Positions 16,301 through 24,332 of a stretch of 64,000 nt of DNA are shown piece after piece. The DNA lies in contig JANLHI010000031.1 of NCBI GenBank assembly GCA_024654525.1, positions 18,774 to 82,773 on the forward strand. The letters are read 5' to 3'. Position numbers and translations under genes: made by a program. Position 1 is the stretch's first letter, and each line of letters starts with the position of its first letter. This DNA is from Patescibacteria group bacterium (GTDB lineage: Bacteria > Patescibacteriota > Minisyncoccia > UBA6257 > 2-01-FULL-56-20). The notes beneath the pieces are model-generated. The model searched no databases. It saw nothing but the letters and a program-made list of their open reading frames with translations, and was not told the origin of the DNA.

Positions 16301-17131
16301 GGTGTTGACATTACCCATGGATTGCCTCGAGTCGAAGAAATTTTCGAGGCGCGTCCTCCGAAGGGACGTGCGGCGCTTGCGCCCGCAGACGGCGTAGTAA
16401 CAAAAATTGAAGATCGTGGTGCGCTCAAGATACTTACTTTGCGATTGGAAGGGAAAAAGAAAGAAGTTGAACTGTCGGTGCCTCGTTCCGCCTTGCTTTT
16501 CACGGAAACAGGCAAAGAAGTGCATCGTGGCGATCGACTTTCGGAAGGGAATATCGACCTTCGCGAGCTTCTTGAGCTCAAAGGTATTTCTGACGTGGAG
16601 CGTTATATCGCAAGCGAAGTGCAGCAGATCTATCTTTCTGAAGGTGCCTACATTAACAATAAACATATTGATGTGATTGTACGTCAGATGTTCTCGCGTG
16701 TTCGCATAAAAGATGCGGGAGATGCACCGGATTTTGTAGCGGGTGAAATCATAGAGAAGCCCAAATTCCTTGAAGTGAATCGCGCGTTGAAAAAGGAAGG
16801 GCGAGCGCTTGCGAAAGCAGATCAGATACTTATGGGTATTACGCAGATATCTCTTACTACCGAAAGTTTCTTGTCCTCCGCATCTTTCCAAGATACCGCT
16901 CGCGTATTGGTGCGTGCCGCGGTTGAAGGGCGTGTTGATAAGCTTCGTGGCTTCAAGGAAAATGTGATTATTGGAAGGTTGATTCCGATTGGTAAGAGAA
17001 AATCATCGGTACAAGATGACGTTGCTGATGAACCGGAAAATATAAAAGAAGAGGAAGAGGGGAAAGTCGAGTCTTCCTCGGATGATTCTCAAAAGGAGAA
17101 AGGAGGGGTTGTCGAGGAAATCTCGGGTTGA
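10331..17131 (+). CDS. rpoBC: Fused RNA polymerase beta/beta' subunit
   Basis: One 2266-aa ORF holding beta motifs (GDKLAGRHGNKG, GQRFGEME) followed by beta' motifs (zinc finger CYCGKY, NADFDGD). Confidence 0.97.
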   Translation: MHQKKLPTKDFSSSKPLVQPINLNEVQLDSYKWFLEKGLAELFREASPICDHTGKEIALSFDGYRFDEPKYDETMARYKDATYEAALRVNVSIEYLKTKHKETQEIYFGDFPIMTERGTFIINGVERVVVSQLIRSAGVYFTAIPWRGHNLFGAKIIPNRGAWLEFETDIDGVIGVKIDRHRKTPVSDLLRVLGLSNEEMLKTFENVDTGSVRYIENTLKKDVAKDKDESYLEIYRRLRPGDPATAQTAKGLVDGLFQRFDRYDLGEVGRFKMNQRLLLPKENDTRLLEINDIVAIVREIIGLNNNPEAGPDDIDHLGNRRLKAVGELLQGRLRIGLARLRRIIQDRMSTQAKEDILPAQLINFRPIVAVVKEFFASSQLSQFMDQVNPLAELEHKRRISALGPGGLTRERASFEVRDVHRSHYGRICPIQTPEGANIGLINYLASFAKINQFGFLEAPYVRVEKGRVTGDVVWLDALEEERVKITHAGVPRDEKGNITVSFVEARVKGDPGTVASNEVDYIDVAPHEFISVATSLIPFLQHDDANRALMGSNMQRQAVGSVRPQAPYVGTGEEERVAQYSGYVVLASEDGTVLEADATHVKMDYKKLGIKSYTLQKFKRSNQFTCISQHPIVVAGDTVKKGDVLVDGPSTENGVLALGQNLLVSFMSWEGANFEDAIILSERVVQNDNFSSIHIEDYYCDVRDTKLGPEITTPDIPNISEEKLRNLDEEGIVRVGAEVKAGDILVGKISPKGEAELTAEERLLRAIFGEKARDVKDTSLTLPHGKRGRIVSIKVFDREQGDKLEPGIIKRIQVEVAQLRKVQAGDKLAGRHGNKGVISQVRAVEDMPYLPDGTPVDIILNPLGVVSRMNLGQVLETHLGLAAAKLGYRAITPGLDSASEEDIKNELRAAGYPEDGKTVLYDGRTGKPFENRVSVGVIYMLKLNHLIEDKAHVRSIGPYSLITQQPLGGKAQFGGQRFGEMEVWALEGYGAKHVLQEMLTIKSDDVVGRAAAYESIIRGEVIKEPNIPASFNVLVNELKSLGFNIAPIYEEVESVHRENFSALKISVASPENISEWSHGEVTKPETINYRTQRPEKDGLFSERIFGPTKDYECYCGKYRRIRYKGVVCDKCGVEVTRASVRRERIGHISLAVPVTHIWFLKSVPSRLSLMLDVSSMKLERVVYYSAYIVTDVDETRKHEALTELEREVKGKLKIVGKDKEAKSEVNSAAADVREMLEGLRRGQVLSEGEYFSLARRFGGVFTAGTGASAIRKILEKMDLRKEIQRTEKEIELSTGKVVDAKHLRRLKMLKSMLKNGIRPEWMVLTTLPVLPPDLRPMVALDGGRYATSDLNDLYRRVINRNNRLKKLLEIKAPDVIVQNEKRMLQEAVDALIDNSARFGTQQLSAQRRPLRSLADMLKGKQGRFRQNLLGKRVDYSGRSVIVVGPKLKLDECGLPKRMALELFRPFVISEIVRRGLAHNIRGASRVIEEGGDDVWAILEEIIKTRYVLLNRAPTLHRLSVQAFRPILVEGLAIQIPPLVCVAFNADFDGDQMAVHLPLSDVAQKEAREVMSAALNLLKPATGELIVSPTQDMVLGSYYLTRSDPDFTGTPKSFLDIREAILSYDMGIIALHTPLVVNGLETTLGRLIFNEALMGTVPYVNEGFNKKKLSRLIESILSAHGVEVARDVLDRVKLLGFEMATLSGITWAISDLATPVEKADVLARSEEAVLRIREQYQDGLLTVPERRARVISVWEAAKADIAKLVSVTLSPTNPIYQIVDSGARGSWAQPIQMMGMKGLVQNPKGEIIELPLRSSLKEGLSVLEYFISTHGARKGTTDTALKTAQAGYLTRRLVDVSQDITISEEDCKTKEGVEMRRTGEKDFNLPFGTRIFSRTVLEDVRVGKRVVVKAGEIVDRAAADLIEQSDIDVVKIRSPIACKTLYGICAKCYGYDLSDNKPVQLGTAVGVVAAQSIGEPGTQLTMRTFHLGGMAGVDITHGLPRVEEIFEARPPKGRAALAPADGVVTKIEDRGALKILTLRLEGKKKEVELSVPRSALLFTETGKEVHRGDRLSEGNIDLRELLELKGISDVERYIASEVQQIYLSEGAYINNKHIDVIVRQMFSRVRIKDAGDAPDFVAGEIIEKPKFLEVNRALKKEGRALAKADQILMGITQISLTTESFLSSASFQDTARVLVRAAVEGRVDKLRGFKENVIIGRLIPIGKRKSSVQDDVADEPENIKEEEEGKVESSSDDSQKEKGGVVEEISG

Positions 17132-17156
17132 CGCAATTCCAATATTCAAGTAACCT
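17128..17156 (+). promoter_or_regulatory. sigma70-like promoter, probably leaderless, for rpsF
   Basis: TTGACG-17nt-TAACCT, ending 8 nt before the ATG. Confidence 0.5.
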
Positions 17157-17164
17157 TTTTCGAC

Positions 17165-17575
17165 ATGGATACTGTATCACGTGAATATGAAGTGGCATTT
17201 CTTGTCCGCGAGGAAGATGGGGCGAGCAAAGTGGTCGCGCTTATTGGAAAGTATGGCACCATACTTTCGCAGGGGCAGTTAAAAAGAGTTGCCTTTGCGT
17301 ACCCGATTGAAAAAACCGCTGCGGGGTATTTTGGAACCGTAAAAGTTTCCGTATTGCCGGATGCAGTGGTGCGTCTTGAAAAGGACCTTGAAACGACGTC
17401 GGAAGCACTCCGGTCTTTGGTGCTTCGTCTTCCTGTAGTGAAAGAATCAAGCGTGCAAGATGAGCAATCGAAGCCGCGACGGGCGCGATTGTCCCGCAGT
17501 GAAGTATCTCCAAAGTCTTCTGCGACGCTTACCAACGAAGCTCTTGAGAAGAAGATAGAAGAGATATTACAATAG
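17165..17575 (+). CDS. rpsF: 30S ribosomal protein S6
   Basis: REYEVAFL, FAYPIEK...GYF, LRSLV; position upstream of ssb. Confidence 0.88.
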   Translation: MDTVSREYEVAFLVREEDGASKVVALIGKYGTILSQGQLKRVAFAYPIEKTAAGYFGTVKVSVLPDAVVRLEKDLETTSEALRSLVLRLPVVKESSVQDEQSKPRRARLSRSEVSPKSSATLTNEALEKKIEEILQ

Positions 17576-17682
17576 GAGTAATCGCTAATAATGCGAATTA
17601 AGGCAAATAATGCTAATATGACAGCAAGCGGATTTATTCGCATTATTTAATCAAGATTTGCATTACTAGCGATTACTCCTAT
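17572..17682. repeat. Long hairpin with ~9-nt internal period spanning the rpsF-ssb gap
   Basis: Perfect 16-bp arms ataggagtaatcgcta / tagcgattactcctat, extended inward. Confidence 0.85.
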
Positions 17683-18160
17683 GAATCTCAACAAAGTTTT
17701 TCTCATTGGAAGACTGACTGCCGACCCGCAATTGCGGAATACGCCGGGGGGACAATCGGTGACTAGTTTCAGCGTTGCGACCAACCGCGTGTGGAACGAT
17801 AAATTGGGTTCGAAACAGAATGAGACCGAATATCATAATGTGGTAGCATGGGGAAGGAGCGCCGAAATCGCCTCGCAGTTTTTAAAGAAAGGAAGCATGG
17901 CGTTTGTTGAGGGACGTTTGAGAACGCGAACGTGGCAGGATAAACAGGGTCAGACAAGAAAGACGACAGAAATCATGCTTGAGCGTCTCCAATTGGGACC
18001 GCGCAGCATGGGAGGGGGAGGGTCCGGAGGAGATGCTCCTTTGGGAGGAGGGTTTGCTCCTGCTCAATCCCGCGAGGAAAGTATTGCGGAAGAAGTGCCG
18101 GTGATAGATATTGACGAAGAGGGAAAGGGTGAGATTAAAGAGGAAGACTTGCCTTTTTAG
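17681..18160 (+). CDS. ssb: Single-stranded DNA-binding protein
   Basis: MNLNKVFLIGRL, VEGRLRTR, C-terminal DLPF. Confidence 0.97.
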   Translation: MNLNKVFLIGRLTADPQLRNTPGGQSVTSFSVATNRVWNDKLGSKQNETEYHNVVAWGRSAEIASQFLKKGSMAFVEGRLRTRTWQDKQGQTRKTTEIMLERLQLGPRSMGGGGSGGDAPLGGGFAPAQSREESIAEEVPVIDIDEEGKGEIKEEDLPF

Positions 18161-18242
18161 TGTTTCTGCGTTAAAAATGAGAAACTGGGAGTGGGGATAT
18201 TCCTTACTCCATTCTCTTTACTACTTACTTTCTCATAAAACC

Positions 18243-18407
18243 GTGGCAAAGAAAATAAAAACAACTTTAAAGTTGCAACTTGAAGCGGGTAAGGCAAACC
18301 CCTCTCCGTCGTTGCTCCGCTCCTCCTTAAAACCCATCGGTTTTAATATTTCCGCCACGGGAAAACTTCCGTTTTCCCGACCCTTTTCCCACGTCGCCGG
18401 ATTTTAG
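18243..18407 (+). other. Upstream ORF starting with a diverged duplicate of the L11 N-terminus
   Basis: GTG-AKKIKTTLKLQLEAGKANPSP versus rpl[23 protein letters not shown]. Confidence 0.8.
18307..18392. repeat. Left arm of an imperfect inverted repeat flanking rplK
   Basis: Colinear with the reverse complement of 18853-18935. Confidence 0.85.
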
Positions 18408-18419
18408 TTATTTAAAGCA

Positions 18420-18845
18420 ATGGCAAAAAAAATCAAGACAAAACTTAAGTTACAATTATCTGCTGGTAAAGCGAATCCGGCTCCGCCCGTGGGAACGGCG
18501 CTTGGTCCCCATGGTATTAACATTGCCGAATTTTGTAAGCAGTTTAACGACAAAACAAAAGAAATGACGGGCGATGTGGTACCTGCGGAAATCACGATTT
18601 TCGAAGACCGAAGTTTCAGTTTTATTTTAAAGACTTCTCCGGCGTCTGCGCTTTTGCGTAAAGCGGCGGGAATTGAAAAGGGTTCTGCGGATCCGCTAAA
18701 AACGAAAGTAGGGAAAGTGACTAAGGCGGATGTGCGTGCGATTGCGGAAAAGAAAATGCCTGACTTAAACGCAAACGATTTGGACGCGGCGGAAAAGATT
18801 ATTCGAGGAACAGCGCGCTCGATGGGGATTGAAGTAATCGATTAG
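18420..18845 (+). CDS. rplK: 50S ribosomal protein L11
   Basis: [26 protein letters not shown]. Confidence 0.98.
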   Translation: MAKKIKTKLKLQLSAGKANPAPPVGTALGPHGINIAEFCKQFNDKTKEMTGDVVPAEITIFEDRSFSFILKTSPASALLRKAAGIEKGSADPLKTKVGKVTKADVRAIAEKKMPDLNANDLDAAEKIIRGTARSMGIEVID

Positions 18846-18852
18846 CCATATT

Positions 18853-18963
18853 GTGCGAAGGAGTGGTCGGGAGGAAAACCGCGAAGCGGATGTTAGAAAC
18901 CGTGGATTTCTAAGGAGAGAGCGAAGCGAACGACGCAGTATGGGAATAGAAGTAGTGGAGTAG
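18853..18963 (+). other. Right inverted-repeat arm followed by a diverged duplicate of the L11 C-terminus
   Basis: 18934-18963 encodes RSMGIEVVE* versus rpl[10 protein letters not shown]. Confidence 0.8.
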
Positions 18964-18966
18964 TTT

Positions 18967-19001
18967 TGAGGTTTAACTTCTTTCAAGGAGGTTAAACTTC
19001 A
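18967..19001. repeat. REP-like palindrome
   Basis: tgaggtttaacttct...ggaggttaaacttca, a 15-bp stem with 3 G-T pairs. Confidence 0.65.
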
Positions 19002-19057
19002 GCAGGTTGGATTTTTCATAATATTGAGATGTTGAATCTAAATCTTTTCCCAAAATT

Positions 19058-19097
19058 AAAATCAGCCGGTCCTTCTGGAGCCGGCTGATTTTTTTTT
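19058..19097. terminator. Bidirectional intrinsic terminator
   Basis: aaaatcagccgg...ccggctgattttttttt between convergent genes. Confidence 0.8.
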
Positions 19098-19119
19098 GTT
19101 GTGACACTACTTGGGAAAC

Positions 19120-19686
19120 TTACGAAGCGTAAGCTTGCAGTAAGTCCTTCGGTATTTTGCCGTCCCAGACGGGTATGCCTTGAGTATATACCATAAGCTC
19201 TCCTCGTTTGTTTCCTTTTGAGAATGCTAGCATCCTACCCCTTTTAAACCGAATGCAGAGTTGTCCTAGGGACTCATCTTTCACAAATCGGACCAGTCCA
19301 ATCTCCACATGGTCCCGATTGTTTGATTCATCTCCATCTTCACTAAAGTCGAGGACGATCCAGTGGTTGGGGTTTGTGAAGTTGGAGTCGTCATCATGAG
19401 GGAGAGGGGAGTAGACATAATAGGTGCTTCCCCAAAGCCAGAGAATGATTCCATCAAGTCGAATCATGTGAAAGCTTTCCGATCTTCCCCGCCATCTTTT
19501 GAAAAGGAAAATGAGAATCGCTTGTCTCCACTGACTTCCTTTGAAGGTTTTAGCTTCGTTATTGTCCCAGCCGACAGCTCTGTTGACGACCGTAATTTCT
19601 TTAACCGGATTTTGCACTGCGCATCCTTTCTCAAGGAACGTTAGCCATGCTTCCGATATTGCCGAATCGTTCAGCAAATCTAGCAC
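19120..19686 (-). CDS. Hypothetical protein
   Basis: 188-aa ORF filling the gap between the terminator and tmk. Confidence 0.65.
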   Translation of the reverse strand: MLDLLNDSAISEAWLTFLEKGCAVQNPVKEITVVNRAVGWDNNEAKTFKGSQWRQAILIFLFKRWRGRSESFHMIRLDGIILWLWGSTYYVYSPLPHDDDSNFTNPNHWIVLDFSEDGDESNNRDHVEIGLVRFVKDESLGQLCIRFKRGRMLAFSKGNKRGELMVYTQGIPVWDGKIPKDLLQAYAS

Positions 19687-19763
19687 GGTGACTATCTTTT
19701 ACTATCATTCAAGAGAAAAGTCAATGTAATTTTAGGAGAAAAACGCTGTATACTATTGTTATC

Positions 19764-20510
19764 ATGCTCGGAAAATTTATCGTCATCGAAGGCACCGATG
19801 GTTCAGGTAAAACCGAGCAATTTAAGCTTCTCTCCTCACGACTTGAAGCCGCGGACGAATTCGCCCGCCCGCCAAAAAGGGATGAGCGGGGATTTGATGC
19901 GGGCGGTCGTTGGAAGATTCAATTGGCAAAATCTGATTTTCCCCAATACGGCAAACCCTCGGCATATTTTGCGGAGCAGTATTTGAATGGGAAGTATGGC
20001 ACCGCCGAGGCGGTAGGTCCGGAGCGTGCCTCAATGTTTTATGCGCTCGACCGGTATGAGGCGTCGTTTGAGTTGCGGAAGGCGTTAGAGGAGGGGAAGA
20101 CGGTTGTTTCAAACCGCTACGTGGGTTCCAATCTTGCGCATCAGGGAGGGAAGATTAAGGATAACGCCGCGCGGAAAATATTTTTTGAGTGGGGGTATAA
20201 GCTCGAATATGAAACGCTGGGAATTCCGAAACCGGATGTGAGCATTGTGCTCCATATGCCCGCCGCGGTGGCGCAGGAGCTGGTCTTAAAGAAAGGAGAG
20301 CGTGCGTACTTGCATGGAGCGAAGCAGGATATCCATGAGGCGGATTTGAAACACCTCGAACGTGCGGAGGAAACATATCTCGAGATGGTGCGGCTGTTTC
20401 CGAAAGACTTTATTTTGGTGGAATGTGTGGAGAACGGGAAGCTTTTGACCATTGAGGAAATACATGAGAAAGTGTGGGAGATAGTAAGTAAAGTGATAAA
20501 CGTTAAGTGA
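19764..20510 (+). CDS. tmk: Thymidylate kinase with an in-frame insertion
   Basis: FIVIEGTDGSGKT, DFPQY, NRYVGSN. Confidence 0.93.
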   Translation: MLGKFIVIEGTDGSGKTEQFKLLSSRLEAADEFARPPKRDERGFDAGGRWKIQLAKSDFPQYGKPSAYFAEQYLNGKYGTAEAVGPERASMFYALDRYEASFELRKALEEGKTVVSNRYVGSNLAHQGGKIKDNAARKIFFEWGYKLEYETLGIPKPDVSIVLHMPAAVAQELVLKKGERAYLHGAKQDIHEADLKHLERAEETYLEMVRLFPKDFILVECVENGKLLTIEEIHEKVWEIVSKVINVK

Positions 20511-20526
20511 TAATTGGAAAACTGAT

Positions 20527-21933
20527 ATGGAATACAAACCTACAATCGGACTCGAAGTCCATGTGGAGCTCAAAACCCGAACAAAGATGTTTTGCGATTC
20601 GCTCAATGACGCGGATGAAAAGAAGCCGAATAAAAACACTTGTCCCGTGTGTTTGGGACATCCGGGGACGCTCCCTGTGCCGAATAAAGAGGCAATTAAA
20701 CATGTTATTCGTGTGGGGTTGGCGCTTGGCGGGAAAATAAATCCGGTCACGAAATTTGACCGTAAGAACTATTTCTACCCCGATCTTCCGAAAGGGTATC
20801 AAATCTCGCAATACGATCAGCCACTTGTGACCGGTGGGAATCTTCTAGGAATAAAAATACGACGCATTCATTTGGAAGAAGACACGGGAACGCTTGTTCA
20901 CGCACAAGGATCGAGTTTGGTTGATTTTAATCGTGCCGGTATGCCACTTATGGAACTTGTGACAGAGCCCGATATTACAAGCGCGGAAGAAGCTGCCGAT
21001 TTTGGAAGAGAGCTTCAACTGATTCTGCGTTATTTGGGAGTTTCGGATGCTGACATGGAAAAGGGGCACATGCGTCTTGAAGCGAACGTAAGTCTAAATA
21101 TGGGAACTAAAGTAGAGATTAAGAATATTAACTCGTTCAAGGCAGCACGGGACGCGACACTTTACGAATTAGAGCGCCAAGAAGAACTGCTTCGCGATGG
21201 GAAGGACGTGGCGCACGAAACGCGGGGGTGGGATGAAGCAAAACAAATAACAGTGAGCCAACGTTCAAAGGAAGAGGCGCATGATTATCGCTATTTTCCC
21301 GAGCCGGATATTCCGCCGTTTGAGACGGTGGCGTTTGAGCCGGATATTCTCGCAAGGGAGTTACCCGAACTTCCGGCGGCGAAACGTACGCGATTTATCC
21401 AAGAGTACAAGATAGATGAGGGTCAATCTGCGGTATTAATCAGTAGCCCGAAACTTGCCGAGTATTTCGAAGAGTCGGTGAGCGAATTAAAGGAAATGGA
21501 GCGTGATGCATCGGCATCTTTGCTTGCGAATTATCTTATTAACGATGTTCGTGCCGTTGCGGTAGAGAATGGGGTGTCGCTTGAGCAATCGCATGTAAAT
21601 CCAGAGCATCTCGCGCATCTTGTGGTTCTTATTATACGGGAGAAGATAACAAGTAGGCAGGCGAAAGATATGCTTGAGAAAATATTTCAAAGTGATGTGG
21701 ATCCTGAGGATATTTTAAAAGATGAAAGTTATTATGCGATTTCGGATTCCGGTGAACTTGATGTGATAGTACAGGATGTGTTTGCGGAAAATTCCCAAGC
21801 GGTTGCCGATTATAAAAAAGGAAAGATCCAGAGTTTGCAGTTTCTTGTCGGGAAGGCGATGGGAAAACTCAAAGGGAAGGGGAATCCCGAGGTATTGCGG
21901 GAATTGTTTATGGAATATCTTAAGAAGAAATAA
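20527..21933 (+). CDS. gatB: Asp/Glu-tRNA amidotransferase subunit B
   Basis: IGLEVHVEL, FDRKNYFYPDLPKGYQISQ, YRYFPEPD. Confidence 0.98.
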   Translation: MEYKPTIGLEVHVELKTRTKMFCDSLNDADEKKPNKNTCPVCLGHPGTLPVPNKEAIKHVIRVGLALGGKINPVTKFDRKNYFYPDLPKGYQISQYDQPLVTGGNLLGIKIRRIHLEEDTGTLVHAQGSSLVDFNRAGMPLMELVTEPDITSAEEAADFGRELQLILRYLGVSDADMEKGHMRLEANVSLNMGTKVEIKNINSFKAARDATLYELERQEELLRDGKDVAHETRGWDEAKQITVSQRSKEEAHDYRYFPEPDIPPFETVAFEPDILARELPELPAAKRTRFIQEYKIDEGQSAVLISSPKLAEYFEESVSELKEMERDASASLLANYLINDVRAVAVENGVSLEQSHVNPEHLAHLVVLIIREKITSRQAKDMLEKIFQSDVDPEDILKDESYYAISDSGELDVIVQDVFAENSQAVADYKKGKIQSLQFLVGKAMGKLKGKGNPEVLRELFMEYLKKK

Positions 21934-22034
21934 TCAACATTCTTTGTTAGAATATACGCAGAACCTTTATAGCAAAATAAGGGGTCTGCGGGTTTCCGAC
22001 CGCATTTTTTCGGATCGATTCAGAAGGATCGCCT

Positions 22035-22736
22035 ATGTTTGGAAATCTGTTTAGTGCGCGCCGTTTGAAGTGGCGTGGACCGCTCGAGAGCAGAGCAGCA
22101 CAGATTCTTAGAGGGAAGAATTTTATTAGCGGAAAACAATCTTCCGGGGTGTGGAGAAGAAATGCCCCGAGCGTTGGTAAGGTTGTTCTTCGCTACGGCG
22201 AAGAAACGCTCATCAATTGCGCGTCACAAAATCGGGACAGAGCGGCGAATTGGTTTCTTGTGTGGATTTTTGGTCTCTCATTGCGAAAACAGAGAGAGTT
22301 CACCGAGGGGCACCAGTTCCCTATAATTTGTTTCGATAGCGGTAGCGATGAAGATCCGGTAGATCGCAATTGGTGGATAAGGGAATCTGAGAATTATTGG
22401 GCTGATAGGGATTATGGGGATAATGGGTATTGGCTCATGGATTTCTCGGGTAAATTCTCCGGCATGAATTGGAACGATCAAGAGCAGAAGATTAGACGGA
22501 GTGGAGAGTTGCGTGCCCCTGAGTTGCTCGTGGCGGAAGCTGCGATTTCGATTCTACAGGTACATCAGATGTCGGTAATTCTTGATTGGTTTCACTTCGG
22601 ACCAACCATTGATTCTCAAGGACGTCGCATACGAATAGGGGAATTTAATGGTCGAGGAATGGTGATTGTAGGAGAACCTAAGAATGTCGATGATGTAATG
22701 TTGCGCGTAGTAACATTATATCCGCGCGATTTTTAG
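22035..22736 (+). CDS. Hypothetical protein, C-terminus possibly C-type-lectin-like
   Basis: 233-aa ORF; DSQGRRIRIGEFNGRGMVI pattern. Confidence 0.65.
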   Translation: MFGNLFSARRLKWRGPLESRAAQILRGKNFISGKQSSGVWRRNAPSVGKVVLRYGEETLINCASQNRDRAANWFLVWIFGLSLRKQREFTEGHQFPIICFDSGSDEDPVDRNWWIRESENYWADRDYGDNGYWLMDFSGKFSGMNWNDQEQKIRRSGELRAPELLVAEAAISILQVHQMSVILDWFHFGPTIDSQGRRIRIGEFNGRGMVIVGEPKNVDDVMLRVVTLYPRDF

Positions 22737-22779
22737 TGTGAAACAAAGGACTGCTCTGGCGCACAATGCTGGGGCAGTT

Positions 22780-23691
22780 TCATTTTTTTCTCCACTGAAT
22801 ATTTTTATCTTTTCGGAACCATGTCATTTGCCGGCGGGCATAGCGCCATGTGTTGAGCTTCATCTGACGTACTGCTTCGTCGAGCGATATTTTTTTCTTG
22901 AAGTATTCAATAATCTCACGGTAGCCGATTGCATCAAGCGCTTTTACGCTGTCATATTTTCTATAAAGTCCTTGAACTTCTTTGAGAAGCCCATTTTGCA
23001 TCATTATGTCTACGCGCGTGTCGATGCGATGTCGGAGTGTTGCGAGAGGAGTTTCGATGCCGATGATTTTTGCATTAAAGAGGGGAGCGCTCTTTTTTCT
23101 TTGCGCAGTGAAAGGTCTTCCTGTAACGAGCGTGACTTCAAGTGCGCGGATCACGCGTCTTGGGTTTTTGGGGTCTACAATATATGCCGCTTCCGGATCA
23201 AGTGCTACGAGTTTTTTGAATATGTATTCAGTTCCCTTATTTTTTACTTCTTCCTCTAATTTTCTCCGTAGCGTTTCATTTGCGGCAACATGTGGAATGT
23301 CCAAATTATCTACTACCGCTTTCACATAGAGCCCTGTGCCTCCTACAAGAATCGGGAATTTCCCGCGCTTGAGAATTTCTCGGACGACTTTCACTGCGTC
23401 GCATTTGTATTCCGCGACAGTATAATCCTCATTAGGATTTTTGATATCAATAAGGTGGTGGGGGATTCCTTCGGAAAAGTAGGTATTTTTTCGAAATTTT
23501 GAATTTTGAATTTTGAATTTTCCGCGAAGCGGCTTCGCGGTCCCTATATCCATTTCACGATATATTTGTCGTGAGTCTGCGGAAACAATCTCGCCACCAA
23601 GCTTCTTGGCGAGTGCTATGGAGAGTGCTGTTTTTCCGCTTGCAGTGGGACCTACGATCACAAGAATTTTGGGCTTCACGTAGTTATCCAT
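22780..23691 (-). CDS. miaA: tRNA dimethylallyltransferase
   Basis: GPTASGKT, SADSRQIY, GTAKP, VGGTGLY, YARRQMTW. Confidence 0.97.
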   Translation of the reverse strand: MDNYVKPKILVIVGPTASGKTALSIALAKKLGGEIVSADSRQIYREMDIGTAKPLRGKFKIQNSKFRKNTYFSEGIPHHLIDIKNPNEDYTVAEYKCDAVKVVREILKRGKFPILVGGTGLYVKAVVDNLDIPHVAANETLRRKLEEEVKNKGTEYIFKKLVALDPEAAYIVDPKNPRRVIRALEVTLVTGRPFTAQRKKSAPLFNAKIIGIETPLATLRHRIDTRVDIMMQNGLLKEVQGLYRKYDSVKALDAIGYREIIEYFKKKISLDEAVRQMKLNTWRYARRQMTWFRKDKNIQWRKK

Positions 23692-23700
23692 TAAAATTAC

Positions 23701-23726
23701 GTTATACAACCTATCGGTTTTATAGC
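23701..23726. repeat. Palindrome A, upstream copy
   Basis: gttatacaacc-tatc-ggttttatagc; 24/26 identical to the downstream copy. Confidence 0.85.
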
Positions 23727-23751
23727 TACACTTGTATGGTATTATTTTACC

Positions 23752-24321
23752 ATGCGGGGTAGGCGATCAAAAGAGCGCTTTGGTCCTGTAATGCAGAAAA
23801 TTCTGCTCTTTTTGAAAGCTGGTGTTGCCTTGTCTCTTTCTGGAAATCCAAGTTCTTACTTTCGAGTATTATCGCAAGCGTCAAAAGAATGGCAGAAAAT
23901 TAGTCAGCGTTCGCTTCATGAGGCAATAAAGCGTCTCTACGAGTCAAAACTTGTGGATGTTAAAGAAAAGAGCGATGGAACGGCGCAGATCGAATTATTG
24001 GACGCTGGGAGAAAAAAGATTTTGGAATATAATCTCGCCACACTTAAACTTAAAAGACCAAAGCATTGGGATGGGATGTGGCGTGTGGTGATTTTTGATA
24101 TTCCCGAAGACATAAAGAAAGGAAGGCGTGCGCTTGGGAGTACACTTTTGCGGATTGGGTTTTATCCGATGCAGAAAAGCGTGTTCATTTATCCCTTTGA
24201 ATGCAAAGATGAGATTGATTTTATTGTTGAGGTTTTCGGACTGAAACCATATGTGCGTTTTTTGCTGGTAAAAGAAACCGACATAGATTTACATCTTAAA
24301 ACCGAATTTGGGATAAAATAA
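23752..24321 (+). CDS. PaaX-like protein with Cas2-like C-terminal domain (paralog 1)
   Basis: Putative wHTH, then WDGMWRVVIFDIPE...LLRIGF..MQKSVF. Confidence 0.85.
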   Translation: MRGRRSKERFGPVMQKILLFLKAGVALSLSGNPSSYFRVLSQASKEWQKISQRSLHEAIKRLYESKLVDVKEKSDGTAQIELLDAGRKKILEYNLATLKLKRPKHWDGMWRVVIFDIPEDIKKGRRALGSTLLRIGFYPMQKSVFIYPFECKDEIDFIVEVFGLKPYVRFLLVKETDIDLHLKTEFGIK

Positions 24322-24332
24322 AAGGAATAATA

